A stretch of 63,082 nt of DNA, filler included, from Octopus bimaculoides (GCF_001194135.2; 5 parts of 5 records of this genome joined end to end with filler, not necessarily neighbours in it); one strand, 5' to 3'; counted from the whole stretch's first letter, positions 1 through 12,600 are shown. Notes: generated by a model from the letters alone, not told the origin. Made by a program: numbers and translations.

Positions 1-904
1 TTTACACGTACAGGCTAAAATTTGTATATTGGAAAGAATGAAAATCAATGTAGGAAAATAAATGTGTGAGGCCAATCTCAGTCTATTAAAATTTGGTGCT
101 AAGTATACCTATGATTGTATTAATAAAAAGAAAAAATATTCAATAAACTCACTTTTATTGAATAAACTCACTTTTAAAACTGTAAATAAATACTTAAGAT
201 AGCTTTTATAGTTTTTCACTAAAATAGTTATTTTGGTTTAACATAATATAAAACAGTAAATATGTTATATATTTCTCAAATAACCTACTATTTAAAATTG
301 TAAATAAATGTCTTTTTAAAGCTGTTTTTACTAATTTTCCTAAAATATTTAAAAATATATTTCAAGCGTTCAGTATTCTGATTTTTCAGTAATTTGAAAT
401 TAAACCCTTTTGTATTTGAGTTTATGATCAGTACCAAAAAAGAGGCAACAAATATTAGAATCAATAAAGTCATTTACATTGTTGTTTTAGTTATAATCAT
501 TTATACTCATTGCTTCAACTGATTTAATTTCCATTTATGTTCTGGTACCATGCTTTCACAAATGCTCTGGCTTAGTATGAAGTCATAAAGTGCATATTTC
601 TAAGATCAAGATTATTTCAGTCATCAATTTAATTTATTATGGTAATGTCAGTGTGCATATACAACATAGTGTCTTAAGAGAAAAATTGGTATGGTCATGT
701 GATGTGTATAGATGAGGACAGCTCCATAAAGAAGTGCCAATCTCTAACTGTAGGGGAAACTTGTGGAAGAAGTTGACCCAAGAAGACGTAGGATGAGTTG
801 GTGAAATACGATCTTTGGATGTTGAGTCTGAAAGGGACAATGACAAGTCGAGACTTTTGGCAATTTGCTGTGCTTGAGAAGACATGTCAAACTAAGTGAA
901 ATTT

Positions 905-1198
905 TAGTTGTGGCCAGTGCCAGTGACACATGACAGGGACCCATGCTGGTGACATGCGAAAGCACCCATGACAATGACACGTGAAAGGTGCCTGTACCAA
1001 TGACACATGAAAGGTGCCTGTACCAATGACACATGAAAGTTCACTCTATGGTGTTAGGAAGGGCATCCAACCACAGAAGCCAAGTCAAACAGACTGCAGC
1101 TTGGTGCTGCTCTCTGGCTTATCGGCTTCAGTCACACCTTCTTACCCATGCTAGCACAGAAAACAGATACTAAATGGTGGTGGTGGTGGTGGTGGTGA
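905..1198 (+). mobile_element. Degenerate RTE-LINE 3'-UTR fragment with short tandem subrepeats and a (GGT)n tail
   Basis: Shares gttaggaagggcatcc...acccatgctagca...aaa plus a microsatellite tail with the RTE ends at 10200-10893 and 13020-13161. Confidence 0.65.
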
Positions 1199-1514
1199 TA
1201 AGACATCTGTGCATAATATAGTTACTTCTGAACACTGATCTGAATATATGATAAAATCTTTTGTTACTTCTAAGTTGCATGACAATACGGTTTAGCAAAT
1301 ATTTACAACTACTGGAGAATGCTTCATTATTATTTAATCAGAAATCATTATTCAAGCAATTCCATGAAGTGGTATATGATAATGCCCAAATATTTCGCAA
1401 AAATAATAATTCCATCAAGCCTAGCCAAGAAACATGAAAAGAAACATATCTTTCTAAATTTAAATATTTGCATTTACTGATACAATGCAAGTTAGTCTGA
1501 AAATATTTACTTAC

Positions 1515-1642
1515 ATTTCATTCAACTTCAAATAGGGTGTACTTAAAGTATCTGGTTTGCTAATCCGTGATTTAGGGGTCAATGAATTAACAGGAGTTGA
1601 AATCACTTTCCGGTTGAAGAAAGCATCTGGACTATTCAGAAA
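1515..1642 (-). CDS. myb: Myb-family gene, exon E (128 nt): FLNSPDAFFNRKVISTPVNSLTPKSRISKPDTLSTPYLKLNE
   Basis: Acceptor ttttttatcAG and donor GTAAGT. It begins FLN, completing FSPSQ|FLN, and contains STPV as in vertebrate Mybs. The gene should continue beyond the left edge of the window. Confidence 0.9.
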
Positions 1643-2311
1643 CTGATAAAAAATATGGAATGTATATTATTAAAGAACTTGAAATACATAAAACAATTGG
1701 AAAATGAAAAGAAAAGCAAGCAGGTAAATGTACAACCACTCCTGCACCCTAAACCTCTAGAAACCAGCTAACTGGTTGAAGATCCACCAATTCTATGTTG
1801 ATTAAGTATGGCAACAAATGTTTCCTAAATAAGATGCTAAAACAGATGACTAGTACTATCCTATAACATCTCTAATACCTCATAACCAAACCTCACAATC
1901 CCAAATAATTCAGCTATAACTACCAGATGATGAACACCTCCCAGAAAACCCAAAGGAAGTCACCATCCAGTATTTCAATGCATGTATGATGACTATCAGC
2001 AAAGAAAAGGATGCCTTCAAACCCTCTCACTTCTCAACCTATAATCAGGCATTCTAATTCAACATTAAGATTTATACAAAAATTTCTAGAATTTTCCTAC
2101 CCACAACTCCTCAACCACAATGTAAGTAACATCGCTTTTGATGAAGCCTCAAATTTCTTCTATTTTCAATTGCACACTAGATTTTCGCAATAAAACCCCT
2201 TAAAAACCTTTTGTTTCTCTACTAATGTGAAAATTTCTTTAGCCATTTAAATCAAGTCTTTCTTACAATGGTATGGTCATGGTTCGAATGCCATCAGAGT
2301 CATTGGTGTCA

Positions 2312-2882
2312 TTAGAAGCATTGAGATGTATTGAAAGATACAGAAATAATTTTTTTTATTCTCAAACACATATAATGCTAATAAATAGCATGATCAGGAT
2401 AAATTATTCATACATTGCAGAAAAATACATTACCGGCCAGCCATGAGACTCAAACTCACATCCTTGTGATTACGCATCAAGTGCTTTACCATTAAGTTAA
2501 ACTGCCCAGTAACGAATTCTGCTGCAATTTTAGAACTTATAAATTTAGCTTCATAAGATGCTAATGTTAAATTCAACTTACAATGAAAGTAAACAAAGAA
2601 AGTTTGTTTTAGAAGCATTGAGATGTATTCAAAGATACAGAAATAAATTTTTTTATTCTCAAACATGTGATAATGCTAATAAATAGTGTGATCAGGATAA
2701 ATTATCCATACATTGCAGAAAAATATGCTACCGGCCAGCCATGAGACTCGAACTCACATCCCTGTGATTACGCGTCAAGTGCTTTACCATTAAGCTAAAC
2801 TGCCCAGTAACGAATTCTTTTGCAATTTTATAACTTATAAATTTAGCTTCATAAGACACTAACGTTAAATTCAACTTACAAT
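2312..2882. repeat. Direct tandem duplication, ~298-bp unit x2, each unit containing a tRNA-like sequence
   Basis: 2312-2584 aligns with 2609-2882 by eye. Confidence 0.85.
2732..2804 (-). tRNA. tRNA-like pseudogene (Thr-CGT-like anticodon); second, more decayed copy at 2434-2506
   Basis: Sequence GGCAGTTTAGCTTAATGGTAAAGCACTTGACGCGTAATCACAGGGATGTGAGTTCGAGTCTCATGGCTGGCCG. It has a perfect D stem (GCTT/AAGC), a T arm GTGAG-TTCGAGT-CTCAT, A and B boxes, and a T-run terminator just downstream. The anticodon stem is mismatched and position 33 is G. Confidence 0.6.
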
Positions 2883-3329
2883 TTGCATATCCATTGATTA
2901 CACTGGGCACAGAATGTCTACCAACTTGTTTTCTGAAGGCAGAGCACAGTCATTTCCCTGAAACTATAAGAATCTTGGCCTTTTTACAACATACTAAAAA
3001 CTTTGTTTTTGCTAAGTTTACTTTAAAGCCTTCTATTTTAGATTTTGCTTCCATGCCTGGAATTTCATTTTCAGTTCTGCCAAGTCTACTACTAGACTAA
3101 GTTTTTGGCATAGAGGACTGCCTATAGAGAGCTGGTCTTAAATGTCTTTATTACAGCTTAAAGGACTACTATAAATAGAAGAAAGCTGAGAATTGAGCTC
3201 TGATGTATCCTCATCTGTACACTAAATTCATCAACAAATAGTTGCTAATTCTCATCTTGCTGACAGCTCCTACAATCCTCACAAGCCATTCATTTATTCT
3301 TGGTTTTCTGAGAAAACACCAAATAATGG

Positions 3330-3700
3330 TGTAAAGGACTCCAGATTAACAAACACTAAGTAGATACAAGAACATATTCCTTAGTATTTCTCATGCAGTT
3401 GTCTCACAAGGTCCCTCTTCCTGGGACAAAGCTAAACTGCATCTCACCTAGACTAATCCTGTCACTATAACACACTCTGGTCAAACTGATTGTTGCTTTG
3501 TTACCTTTCTCTTGTGCATCTCCCTTGCCCTTGTAGCAGTTTGAAATGGTACTGTAACACTGCATTACCAGATATTTTAAGTACCTTGGCAACTATTCCT
3601 GATGGCCCAGCTACTTTCTCTACCTTCATATCCTTTACCATGTTCTCTATTACTCTGCTGTCAGCTTGAATGGCTGGTCCCTCTGTTGAGTCTAGATGGA
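3330..3700 (-). pseudogene. Old RTE reverse-transcriptase fragment
   Basis: CYKGKGDAQEKGN and RISLGEMQFSFVPGRGT resemble RTE RT motifs; the frame is disrupted. Confidence 0.55.
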
Positions 3701-4075
3701 GAAGGCTCTTTATCTGTACTCAGCAGCCTCTCATAGTAGCATTTCCATGTTTCTTTCTTATCAGAATAAGTGCATGTGTAGGCATGTGGCCTAGTGGTTA
3801 AGGAATTGAACACATAATGTTACGGTCATACTTTCAGTTCCCAGGCTGGACAGCACTTCGATTTATACTGTTCCAGTCTGTTCTGTTGAAAATGAGAACC
3901 AGCTCCAGCAGAGAATTAACCCTGCAATTGACTGATGTTTTGTCCAAGAGAGAGTATTATTTTCTTGCTTGCTTACATATCAAGAAAACTGGGATAAACT
4001 CTAGCCTAACAAGCCTAAAGGCTTGTCACAAACCTAACACATACACACACACAAGTTATATTCATGTACACTAAC

Positions 4076-4483
4076 CTGTGATGGTGAAAAGGGTAGATTT
4101 TTTATGGGTGTTACACTTGGTGTTCTGTTGACATCTTTCCGTTGCAATCCTAATAAAGGGTTAAGATTTTCAAAGTCAAAATCATTATCTAAAACCATTT
4201 CTTCTTTTTTAATTTCTTCCGAGGTATTGTCAATAAAATCCCCAGTAGATTCAGCAGGTTCTTCTTTGATATGAATTATTTTATGTACTACAGGAGAATC
4301 ATTCTTATGTTGAGGTGTGTAACAATCAGAACTGGACTCTTTTCCCAAATCACAACTAGCCAAAGGAGGGGATTCAAATTCCCTGCACTTTTCTTTTGAC
4401 TTTGGAAGGTATTGATTCATTTCTTCTTTCATTTTATCATCACAAATTTGATGATAAGATGCTAAGGATCCAGAATAAGATTG
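4076..4483 (-). CDS. myb: Myb-family gene, exon D (408 nt, phase 0-0), ending RTPSVTPIKNLPFSPSQ
   Basis: Lies inside ORF 4034-4564. Acceptor tatttttcAG and donor GTTAGT. TPIKNLPFSPSQ matches the Myb conserved-region motif (B-Myb TPVKTLPFSPSQ). Confidence 0.9.
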
Positions 4484-5759
4484 CTGAAAAATATAGACAA
4501 ATACATTATTGTAATAAGAAATATAGGTAGCGGATTTCTTATTATCTTTTACAGTGTTTCTCATGTTATATACACCACTTATGTGCCATATCCTTATAAG
4601 AATTCTTTTTGAATATTCCTCAAAATATGTTTAGAAATTCTCAATGACATTAATTTTTATGAAAAATATTTAACAAAAATTATATGAATTGCTAAAATAC
4701 AATATTCAATTTTACTATGGAGTATATTCATAAATTTTAGCAGCTGCTACATTTATAAATCAAATATATTTATTAGATACATAAGACAGTTGCAAATATT
4801 TGTCATGTTTATACAATTTCACTATGGGCAGTAAAAGGTGATTGACTGGAATATAGTTTCAAGTGTCATAACACTACCTACTTCAACTCTCATGGAAAAA
4901 TTCTATTTAAAGCCACTCAGATTTGGTTTCAAGTAGACTGATTTGAATATTTAAGAAATTTTTGGATGTTAGTTCTATTGAATAAATTAAGCATTACTTA
5001 TACTCTGAACTTTAGTCAAATTTCCCTTTACTATTCCAACCACAGTTTACTACCTCTTTATTCATTGGTTTCTTTACTACTCCTTACTGGTTTAATTTTT
5101 CTGAAAGCTTCCTCTTAGACCACCTCTTCTTATGTGTGTGGGTCTCTCTCTTATTCTGTAACCTTTTGTCCATGTGCTTGCTTCTATACATTCTCAATAC
5201 TATCATTTATCTCAATTTAATCTTGTTACAAACAGGTGTCCCCATCTCCCACCCTGCTCATTTAATTTTATCCCACATTACTCTTCACCCTACTTGCAGC
5301 ACACACCGTTCATTGTCTTTTATCACCTTCACTCCACATTAAGCCTCACTACTTTATTTCATATTCACAATTTTGTCACTAATGTGAAGTCACTTTTTAT
5401 ATTTTCTCTCAGACAAACAGTAACTGCTTGAATTATTTCATTCTTTCATCCCTCAGAGTAAATTCACCTCAAAGTTTTCTATGAATTCTATACAGCATGG
5501 GATCTATCAAATGCTTTACTTGGACAATCCATAGTACCTCTACCACCATAATTATAATTTTTCTTATTCTAAACTTTGGCACTTATTTTGGAATTAACTT
5601 TATTTGATTTTGCTCATATGGAAGTATAGATTTCAGCCCATTGTTTTATGCACAAGGTTTTGTTTTCACTGTGTATTTTTGTTTATCTCAGGTTGACATG
5701 CTTAAAATAGGGCCCCATCCCACCCAAGTTTGAGTGATTTTATTGAGAAATCAATTTGG

Positions 5760-6330
5760 AATGGAAAGCAGCAGAAATTCTACATAATACAAAGAGCTTA
5801 GAGCTCAACAATGGTTCCCAAAATTTTCATGAAGACAAAAGAGCCTTTCAAAAAAGAAAGTTACAGACAAGTGCAACAGACAATGATCAACTGAGGACCA
5901 ACATTAAATAAAGACACCTAAAATAGATGGTTGTAGAAGAACTGAATTAGTAACACAATAAAAAGTAAAAACAGCTCCACAAGTGAGTAATGCACAAGGT
6001 AAAGAACTAAGGAGATTGCAGATATAAAGCCTGTTCTGCATGTCTTCTGTGCAACAAAGCAATCATATTGCAATGTAATGAAAAAAAGGTTCTATATCAT
6101 TGTGTTTCACACACTGGATGGACTGAGGTGAAGCACTAAAACACTTTCATAACCCAAATCTGCATCACAAAATGGTTATGACCACTGTTTACATCTTGGT
6201 AAGTGAAATTATCCACTAATGTTTCTTGAATCATGGTGAAGCAGTCAGAGTAGAGAAATATTGGTAGGAAACAGAAAACATTTATCAAGAACTGCAATGT
6301 TTATGTCCAGCAGTGATTGATTAAAAAAGA
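5760..6330 (+). mobile_element. Decayed mariner (Mos1-like) transposase
   Basis: Hand translation gives CNEKKVLYH...HWMD*GEALKHFHNPNLHHKMVMT...EIIH*CFLNHGEAV, matching the mariner D-E-K-W / KPxLHxKKVM region, with stops. Confidence 0.65.
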
Positions 6331-6349
6331 ATCAATTCTCTCTACAACA

Positions 6350-6800
6350 CCTATCAATATGCCTCATAAATGACTCTGCAGGAATTAAATAGACCATGTT
6401 ATGAAATTTCTCTCCAATTAACTACCACTTTTTAAACAGCTCAATAATTTTCTGCCAAAATGTCTTCAACAACCAGGCAGCAGCTTAAAAAGAACTTCTA
6501 AAAATACACTGATTTCAGGATTCTATACTATCAAAATAAATAGACTGGTTTCTTTTTGACAAAAATGTGCAAATTCTAATGATTTTCTAGTGAGCCATTC
6601 TGTCCTATTTGGGGGAAGTACTTCACTATCCCCTTCATATTCAGCATCATCTAACAGTTTTTCATGCTATTTCCTTTTTGAAAGTTGAAGTGTTCGTGAA
6701 TTCCTTTGATACCAACCCAACTGAGATCCCTCTCAGTCTTATGATACAAACTTTCTGTATCGAAAACTTCATGTTCATTTATATTCTAAACACAAGCTTA
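6350..6800 (-). mobile_element. Decayed hAT (Charlie/GTF2IRD2-type) transposase fragment
   Basis: KGIHEHFNFQK...LLDDAEYEGDSEVLPPNRTEWLTRKSL resembles the hAT HRQF...EYGD...EVRWLSRG region; frameshifted. Confidence 0.4.
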
Positions 6801-8182
6801 ATTATAGCAAAGTTATTACACTGAATTCCTCATAATTTTCAAAATTAACTGAAATAAAAGCAGTGAAGTTTAATAGAAATTTGGTAATAAAAATGTTAAA
6901 ACACATTCCTTCCTAAAAGCCCACTTGGTTCATATCACCATATGCCTTCACTTTTATGGTGCTATATACTAGTAAATCACCTGCTCCCTGTTTCTATCTT
7001 GACTAAAGTGGCCAGCATGCCATCTGAAGTTATATGGTTATTAACTAACCACCTTTTCTAATTCCTTCAAGGCTTTACATTCAACTATTATAGCCCAATC
7101 CTCTATAAAAGTGGTATCTTCTGCTTTATTAGGGCTCCAGCTCTATGCACAGATAGCTAGCTATCTCCACTTCCTCCTTCAAAAAGTGCTGTCTAATACT
7201 GATGTGCATATTGTTGCTATTATATAGGAATATTTAGATAAAATACAATATCCTTATGATATTATATTTCAGAGTTTATTATCATCATTTCAAATCATTT
7301 TTTTTTTCTTTATAAATATATACGCTGGACAAGGCAATAGAATGGCATAATTTCATTTAATTCTGTATACTTGATATGACATACAACTTCTCATTGTCAC
7401 TGTTATATCTGAACTGTTATAATATTAAATGTTCCTGATGTTCTGTTATTACTCTCCAACTGTTTATCTTCAACAAGCACTCTACGATCTCTCTATTCAA
7501 TAATTCCTATGACCTGTACACAATGATTACACATATGACACTCTTCTCAGACTGTTCTGCGTATGCTCATTTATACTAACTAGTATAGTTCACTTAGCCA
7601 ATCACCGGGGTGTACAGATTCCCCATATAACACCTCCCTCCTTTGAAATTGGCTTTCCCTTTATTTATTTATTGTTTTTATTATTATTACTTCTTTGGGG
7701 AGAAATTAGCATATATTTTTCGTTTAGAATCAGGCTCTACCATCTCTGTCCACTTTCTCTTTCTAGTTTATTTGCGCACTGGTTCAACCCTTTCCTGCAG
7801 CGCTGGAATATCAAATATGTCAAAGTATTTCCATAGACTCTTCCTGTCTTTTTCGTCCTTCTGTGTATCTCTTTTTTATTTGATTTACATGTCTCTTATG
7901 CTCGCATGTCTGCCCTTTCACCATATATATTACTCTCCCAAGACGTTTGGTCTTCCGTCCTTGTTCCCAATTTTGTTTTTCATATTTGTACATTTAAAAA
8001 AATACTGTGTCACCTATATTGAAATAGTTTGCATTATCAACAGTATTCTTCTGAATTTGTTGTTTCCTTCCATTTAACAATTTGTCTAATACTGATCATA
8101 CCTTTCTGGCAAATATTAATTCAGCGAGTGACACACCCAACTCTGTGTTGGGGTTTGGCATTATTCTATAGAGGCGTAGAAA

Positions 8183-8752
8183 TTATGTTAGTGTATTATC
8201 CACTAAAGATTCATTTCTGGTTTTCCTCAATGCTCTTTTGAATGTATCTACGAACCTCTCCACAAGTCCATTTGACCTTAGATGAAATGGCAGGGCAGTG
8301 ACATGTTCCATTTGATGTGTCTTACAAAATTCAATAGTTATTTTCATAGTTGGTTTTCTACACTTACAAATTTCAGGCCATTTGGTGTAGCTATCTACCA
8401 CTACCAGATAATATACACCTTTTAGTGGTCCTGCAAAATCTATGTGTAGTCTAGACCACGGTATATCTGTCTTTGGCCACGGTTGAATCTTTACTGGAGG
8501 TGCATTAGCTGCCAGGACACAACCCCTGCATGCTTTCACCAGTTTCTCTATATCTTTATCCATACTAGGCCAGTAAATATAACTTCTGATGAGGGACTTC
8601 ATTCTTGCAATTTCAGGATGTCCTACATGAAATTCATTTAACATCCTATTTTGTAGTACAACAGGTATCACAACCCTCTGAGTGTACATTGTTACACATT
8701 GAATAGTATTTTGAACCTGTGCTACACTCAGCAACATAATTTTTTGTCTCAC
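8183..8752 (-). pseudogene. Gypsy integrase remnant (HHCC zinc finger plus partial core)
   Basis: FHVGHPEIARMKSLIRSYIYWPSMDKDIEKLVKACRGC...WSRLHIDFAGP...VDSYTKWPE...SNGLVERF. The IVSDNG segment carrying the second catalytic Asp is deleted. Confidence 0.9.
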
Positions 8753-8960
8753 TATCTGTTTTTATTGAAAACACTTCATTCATTTTTCTGTTTGACCTTT
8801 TCCTTTTCACCCAGCAATGCAACTGTTTATGCCCCATTTTGCCACAAGCAAAACATTCTTTATTCTTAAAGGGGCAGTCCCTTTTGAAGTGCAACTCGCC
8901 ACAACCATAACATAGTTTGGGCCTTGTTTGTTTTATTTTTTTTTTGTTTGTCCTGTACAT
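8646..8960 (-). pseudogene. Gypsy gag nucleocapsid, two CCHC knuckles
   Basis: CYGCGELHFKRDC and CFACGKMGHKQLHC. The gag N-terminus (MEELLASIVKRQQQ...) lies at 11096-11270. Confidence 0.85.
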
Positions 8961-9251
8961 TTATATTATCATTTTCAATTTTTTTCAGTATCCTGCCATA
9001 GGTTAATATGTTGACATTCTTCTGCCACTTTTTACAAGGTTAATTCAATGTCTTGCGTCAATTTTGTTAATATTCTTGCTCGTATTTCTGCATCCTCACT
9101 TGCAGTTAGTCCTTTGACAAATATCAAGCATTTAAACATATCTGGGGACAACTCTCCTAACTTGACTTTTTCGCATGCTTTCTTTACAACTCCTGCATAT
9201 ATAACAAAATATATATGTTGAATAGCGAGCTCTTTTCACTGAATATATTGG

Positions 9252-10893
9252 TTAGCCTGGGCAAAGTTCAGAAAGCTCTTACCTCTGCTGGTGACAAGGG
9301 GCCTCTCACTCAGAGTAAAAGGCAGACTGTATGACGCATGTGTACGAACAGCCATGCTTCATGGCAGTGAAACATGGGCTGTGACTGCTGAGGACATGCG
9401 TAGGCTCGCAAGGAATGAAGTCAGTATGCTTCGATGGATGTGTAATGTCAGTATGCATACTAGGCATAGTATCAGCACCTTGAGAGAAAAGTTGAACTAA
9501 CGAAGCATTAGTTGTGGTGTGCAAGAGAGACGATTGCGCTGGTATGGTCATGTAGCGAGAATGGATGAGGATAGCTGTGTGAAAAACTGCCACACCCTAG
9601 CAGTTGAGGGAACCTGTGGAAGAGATAGGCCCAGGAAGACCTGGGATGAGGTGGTGAGGCACGACCTTCAAACATTGGGCCTCACCGAGGCGATGACTTC
9701 TGACCGAGACCTTTGGAAATATGCTGTGCATGAGAAGACCTGGCAAGCCAAGTGAGACCTAAATCCAAGGCTTCAACCAGTCCACTTATGCGTACCTTCC
9801 TTCATTGGACACTAAATTCCACTTGCGAAGACCTGTTGAGGCAAGTGAAATCGAAATCGAGTTAAATTGGACACTAAACTCCAAGTGAAATCAAGTTAAA
9901 TTCAACGACTGGTACCCATACCAACGTCGTCTCCTTCATTGGACACAAGACTCAGCCTGTGAAGACTTATTGGGGCAAGCGAAATCGAAATTGTGATGGC
10001 ACCTGTGCCCAGCGTCGCCTTTCTGGCATTGTGCCCGTGGCATGTGTAAGGACTTTTGAGCGAGATCGTTGCCAGTACCCCTTGTGCGAGTAGCACATAA
10101 AATACACCATTTTGAGCCTGGCCGTTGCCAGTGCCGCCTGACTGGCCTTCATGCCGATGGCACGTAAAAGTACCCACTACACTCTCTGAGTGGTTGGCGT
10201 TAGGAAGGGCATTCAGCTGTAGAAACGGATCTATTTTTAAACGGGGGCCACATTTTTTATTAATGTTTTACATAGTGTTTTTGGTACGGAAAGACTTTCA
10301 AACTTCGTATACTTATCTATTTTGTGTTATAGAACAGAAAAATATTTTTGTATTCGAATTTATTTCATGTAAAAAATTGTCTTATTTCGATAATTTCAAC
10401 CAATCACTGACAAGTATTCAGTTGTTTACATTTACTCCTTTGGCTCATTAAGCGATGTAAAGCGTATTTAATCTCCATACCTTCGTTTTATTTGCTTTTT
10501 TCATTTTAAATTTGCTTTAACCCTAACCCTACGGTTAGGGTTAGGGTTAGGGTTAATTGTTTCAGAATCGTTTNNNNNNNNNNCAGTGATTGGTTGAAAT
10601 TACAGAAATACGACAACTTTAACATGGAATAACTTATGGATTTCTTGTTTTTTTTAAGAAGACTAAGAGAAAAAGATGTTTTATATGACACATTCTACCA
10701 GTGTTCCAAGTTTCAAAGTGTTTCGTTAATGAAAAATGTGGCCCCCGTTTTAAAAAAGATCCGTAGAAACTCTGCCAAATCAGATTGGAGCCTGGTGTAG
10801 CCATCTGGTTTCACCAGTCCTCAGTCAAATCGTCCAACCCATGCTAGCATGGAAAGCGGACGTTAAACGACGACGACGATGATGATGATGATG
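9252..10893 (+). mobile_element. 5'-truncated RTE LINE inserted in the Gypsy element
   Basis: Encodes RGLSLRVKGRLYDACVRTAMLHGSETWA...RLRWYGHVARM...RPRKTW, followed by a 3' UTR and a (GAC)n(GAT)n tail. TSD-like ATATTGG (9245-9251) / ATACTGG (10894-10900). Confidence 0.9.
10226..10763. mobile_element. MITE with ~30-bp TIRs and internal head-to-head telomeric repeats
   Basis: TIRs cggatctatttttaaacgggggccacattttt / aaaatgtggcccccgttttaaaaaagatccg. TSD TAGAAA at 10220-10225 and 10764-10769 (or AGAA if the TIRs are 1 bp longer). It splits the conserved RTE motif cagctgtagaaactc that is intact at 13041-13053. Confidence 0.85.
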
Positions 10894-12469
10894 ATACTGG
10901 CGGCTTTTTTTCATAGAATAAAGTTGCAATGTTTCTCGTGTTCTGAAGGAGCTAGTCTACACAAAAGAACTATTACCTTATTTTCGTTTGTCCAACCTTT
11001 GCACTCCTCTTTAAATATTTCTTCATACCTTCTATAGTATGAAGAAAATGTAATCCCATCTTCAGGATTATAGAGGAATTCTTTAATGGAGTTGGTTACT
11101 CCATCTGCTGAAACAACACTGTTGCATTCTTGGATTGTAGCAATAACTCTATGAACTGCTGGTTTAGTTGTTGTTGTTGTTGCTGTTCACAGTATTCTTG
11201 CTGTAGTTGTAACAGCTGCTGCTGCAATTGTTGTTGTCGTTTCACAATGGAAGCTAATAGTTCTTCCATTTTGACACTCCTACAAGCGTTCATAACCTTG
11301 TTACCACTGTTACAATGACACCATTATACAGTGGGAAGCATCTTCAACACCACTGATATGACGTACAACTTCTCATCGTCACTGTTATAATATTAAACAT
11401 TCCTGATGTTCTCTTATTACTCTCCAACTGTGTATCTTCAACAAGCACTCCACGATATCTCTATTCAATAACTCCTATGACCTGTACACAATGATTGTGC
11501 ATATGACACTGTTCTCAAACTGTCCTGCGCATGCTCATTTATACTAACTTAGTACAGTTCACTTAGCCAATTACGGGAGTGTACAGATTCCCCATACAAC
11601 AATAATCTTGTTTATAAAGCCCATAGAAGAATTCACACATTATCTAAATATTTAACAGAAGGAATGGTTTTCTCAGTAAGAGGATATCTGCTTAACATTA
11701 TAACTTAGAATAATCATACTGATTGTCAGCAGCTCATATTATGACCAACCTACCCAAAATGACACATAATTATCTATATATATATTTAAATGAAAATATC
11801 AGCATGAATCTGATTATTACATAAGCTATGTAGCAATTTCAGTAGATAAAAACATGCAGTACCTTGCCCAATATTTTATGATGTGAAACCTGTGTTCTCC
11901 AGATTATTATTATTATTGTCTTTTTTCTGGCATTTTACACTTGAACCAATTGTATAACCTTCACATTTACCAGTAGTGACTTCAAGTTTGAAAGATTTTC
12001 AAAAGAAGCAATAGCAGTTAATGAAAAGTGCAGCTAGCATAACAACAGGTTGGATATCAAATCAAGTCAGATATTTCAATTTCAGATACTGATAGTAACA
12101 CTACAGTAATATAAAAAAATCAGAAATACTTTATTCCAGAAACAAAGTGGAACAAAAACTTTTAAAATATCTCTCTCCAAAATCATTAGGAAGAAACCAG
12201 CTGATCACAGTCTGCACAAACAAATCATTATATAGAGCTTAAAAGGGAAAAACGATGACAAGACTGTTGGTCTGCACAAAATCTGAGTACCTTTTGCAGT
12301 AAAAAAAAAAGAGGGGACATTAGAAAGTTGCCCATAATTAGTAATTACAGGAGCACAGATGAACTATTTGGTAGCTCTCTATATCCACTGTGTTCTTAGC
12401 CTCATGATCCATATACTGTTTTGGAAGTTGTGTATTTCTATACTGACACCAGTAGTACATTAGCATGTG

Positions 12470-12600
12470 GGGGGGGGGGACCACTATGGTTAGCCCAAGG
12501 CTATCGTAAAAGAACCTGCCCAAGGTGTTGTGCAGTAGGACTGAACCCAAAACTACATGGTTGGAAAGTAAGCTTCTTAACCACATAGCTACACCTCTGC
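12470..12600 (-). mobile_element. Decayed tRNA-derived SINE head
   Basis: Reverse complement resembles the copies at 38330 and 43225 (accatgtagttttgggttcagtcc...cttgggcagg). Confidence 0.5.

Larger units (their letters stand above)
7372..11601 (-). mobile_element. Gypsy/Ty3 LTR retrotransposon, two LTRs, internally deleted (no PR/RT/RH seen)
   Basis: Direct repeats 7372-7632 and 11354-11601, both TG...CA. PPT AGGAGGGAGG at 7633-7642. PBS-like TGGTGTTGAAGAT next to 11353. Flanks ATACT/ATAAT form an imperfect 5-bp TSD. Contains gag CCHC knuckles and integrase. Confidence 0.9.

Noticed and set aside
637-1034. ORFs downstream of Myb exon E as a possible next exon
   Set aside because: No RTPTPFK or other Myb C-terminal motif, and they partly overlap an RTE 3'-UTR relic.
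2312-2882. CRISPR-like or prokaryotic repeat array
   Set aside because: Two long units with no spacer structure, in eukaryotic intronic context. No CRISPR, rRNA or prokaryotic system is seen anywhere in the window.
10518-10555. Telomere or chromosome-fusion site
   Set aside because: Only five units, enclosed by MITE TIRs and TSD; transposon cargo rather than a chromosome end.
11096-11318. Poly-Q and poly-C ORFs as host genes
   Set aside because: They lie just inside the Gypsy 5' LTR/PBS and are the gag N-terminus and its antisense.
11860-12110. Apparent extra Myb exon (AG acceptors and a GTACTG donor on minus)
   Set aside because: Stops occur in all three frames between the candidate splice sites, and exons C and D already join in phase.
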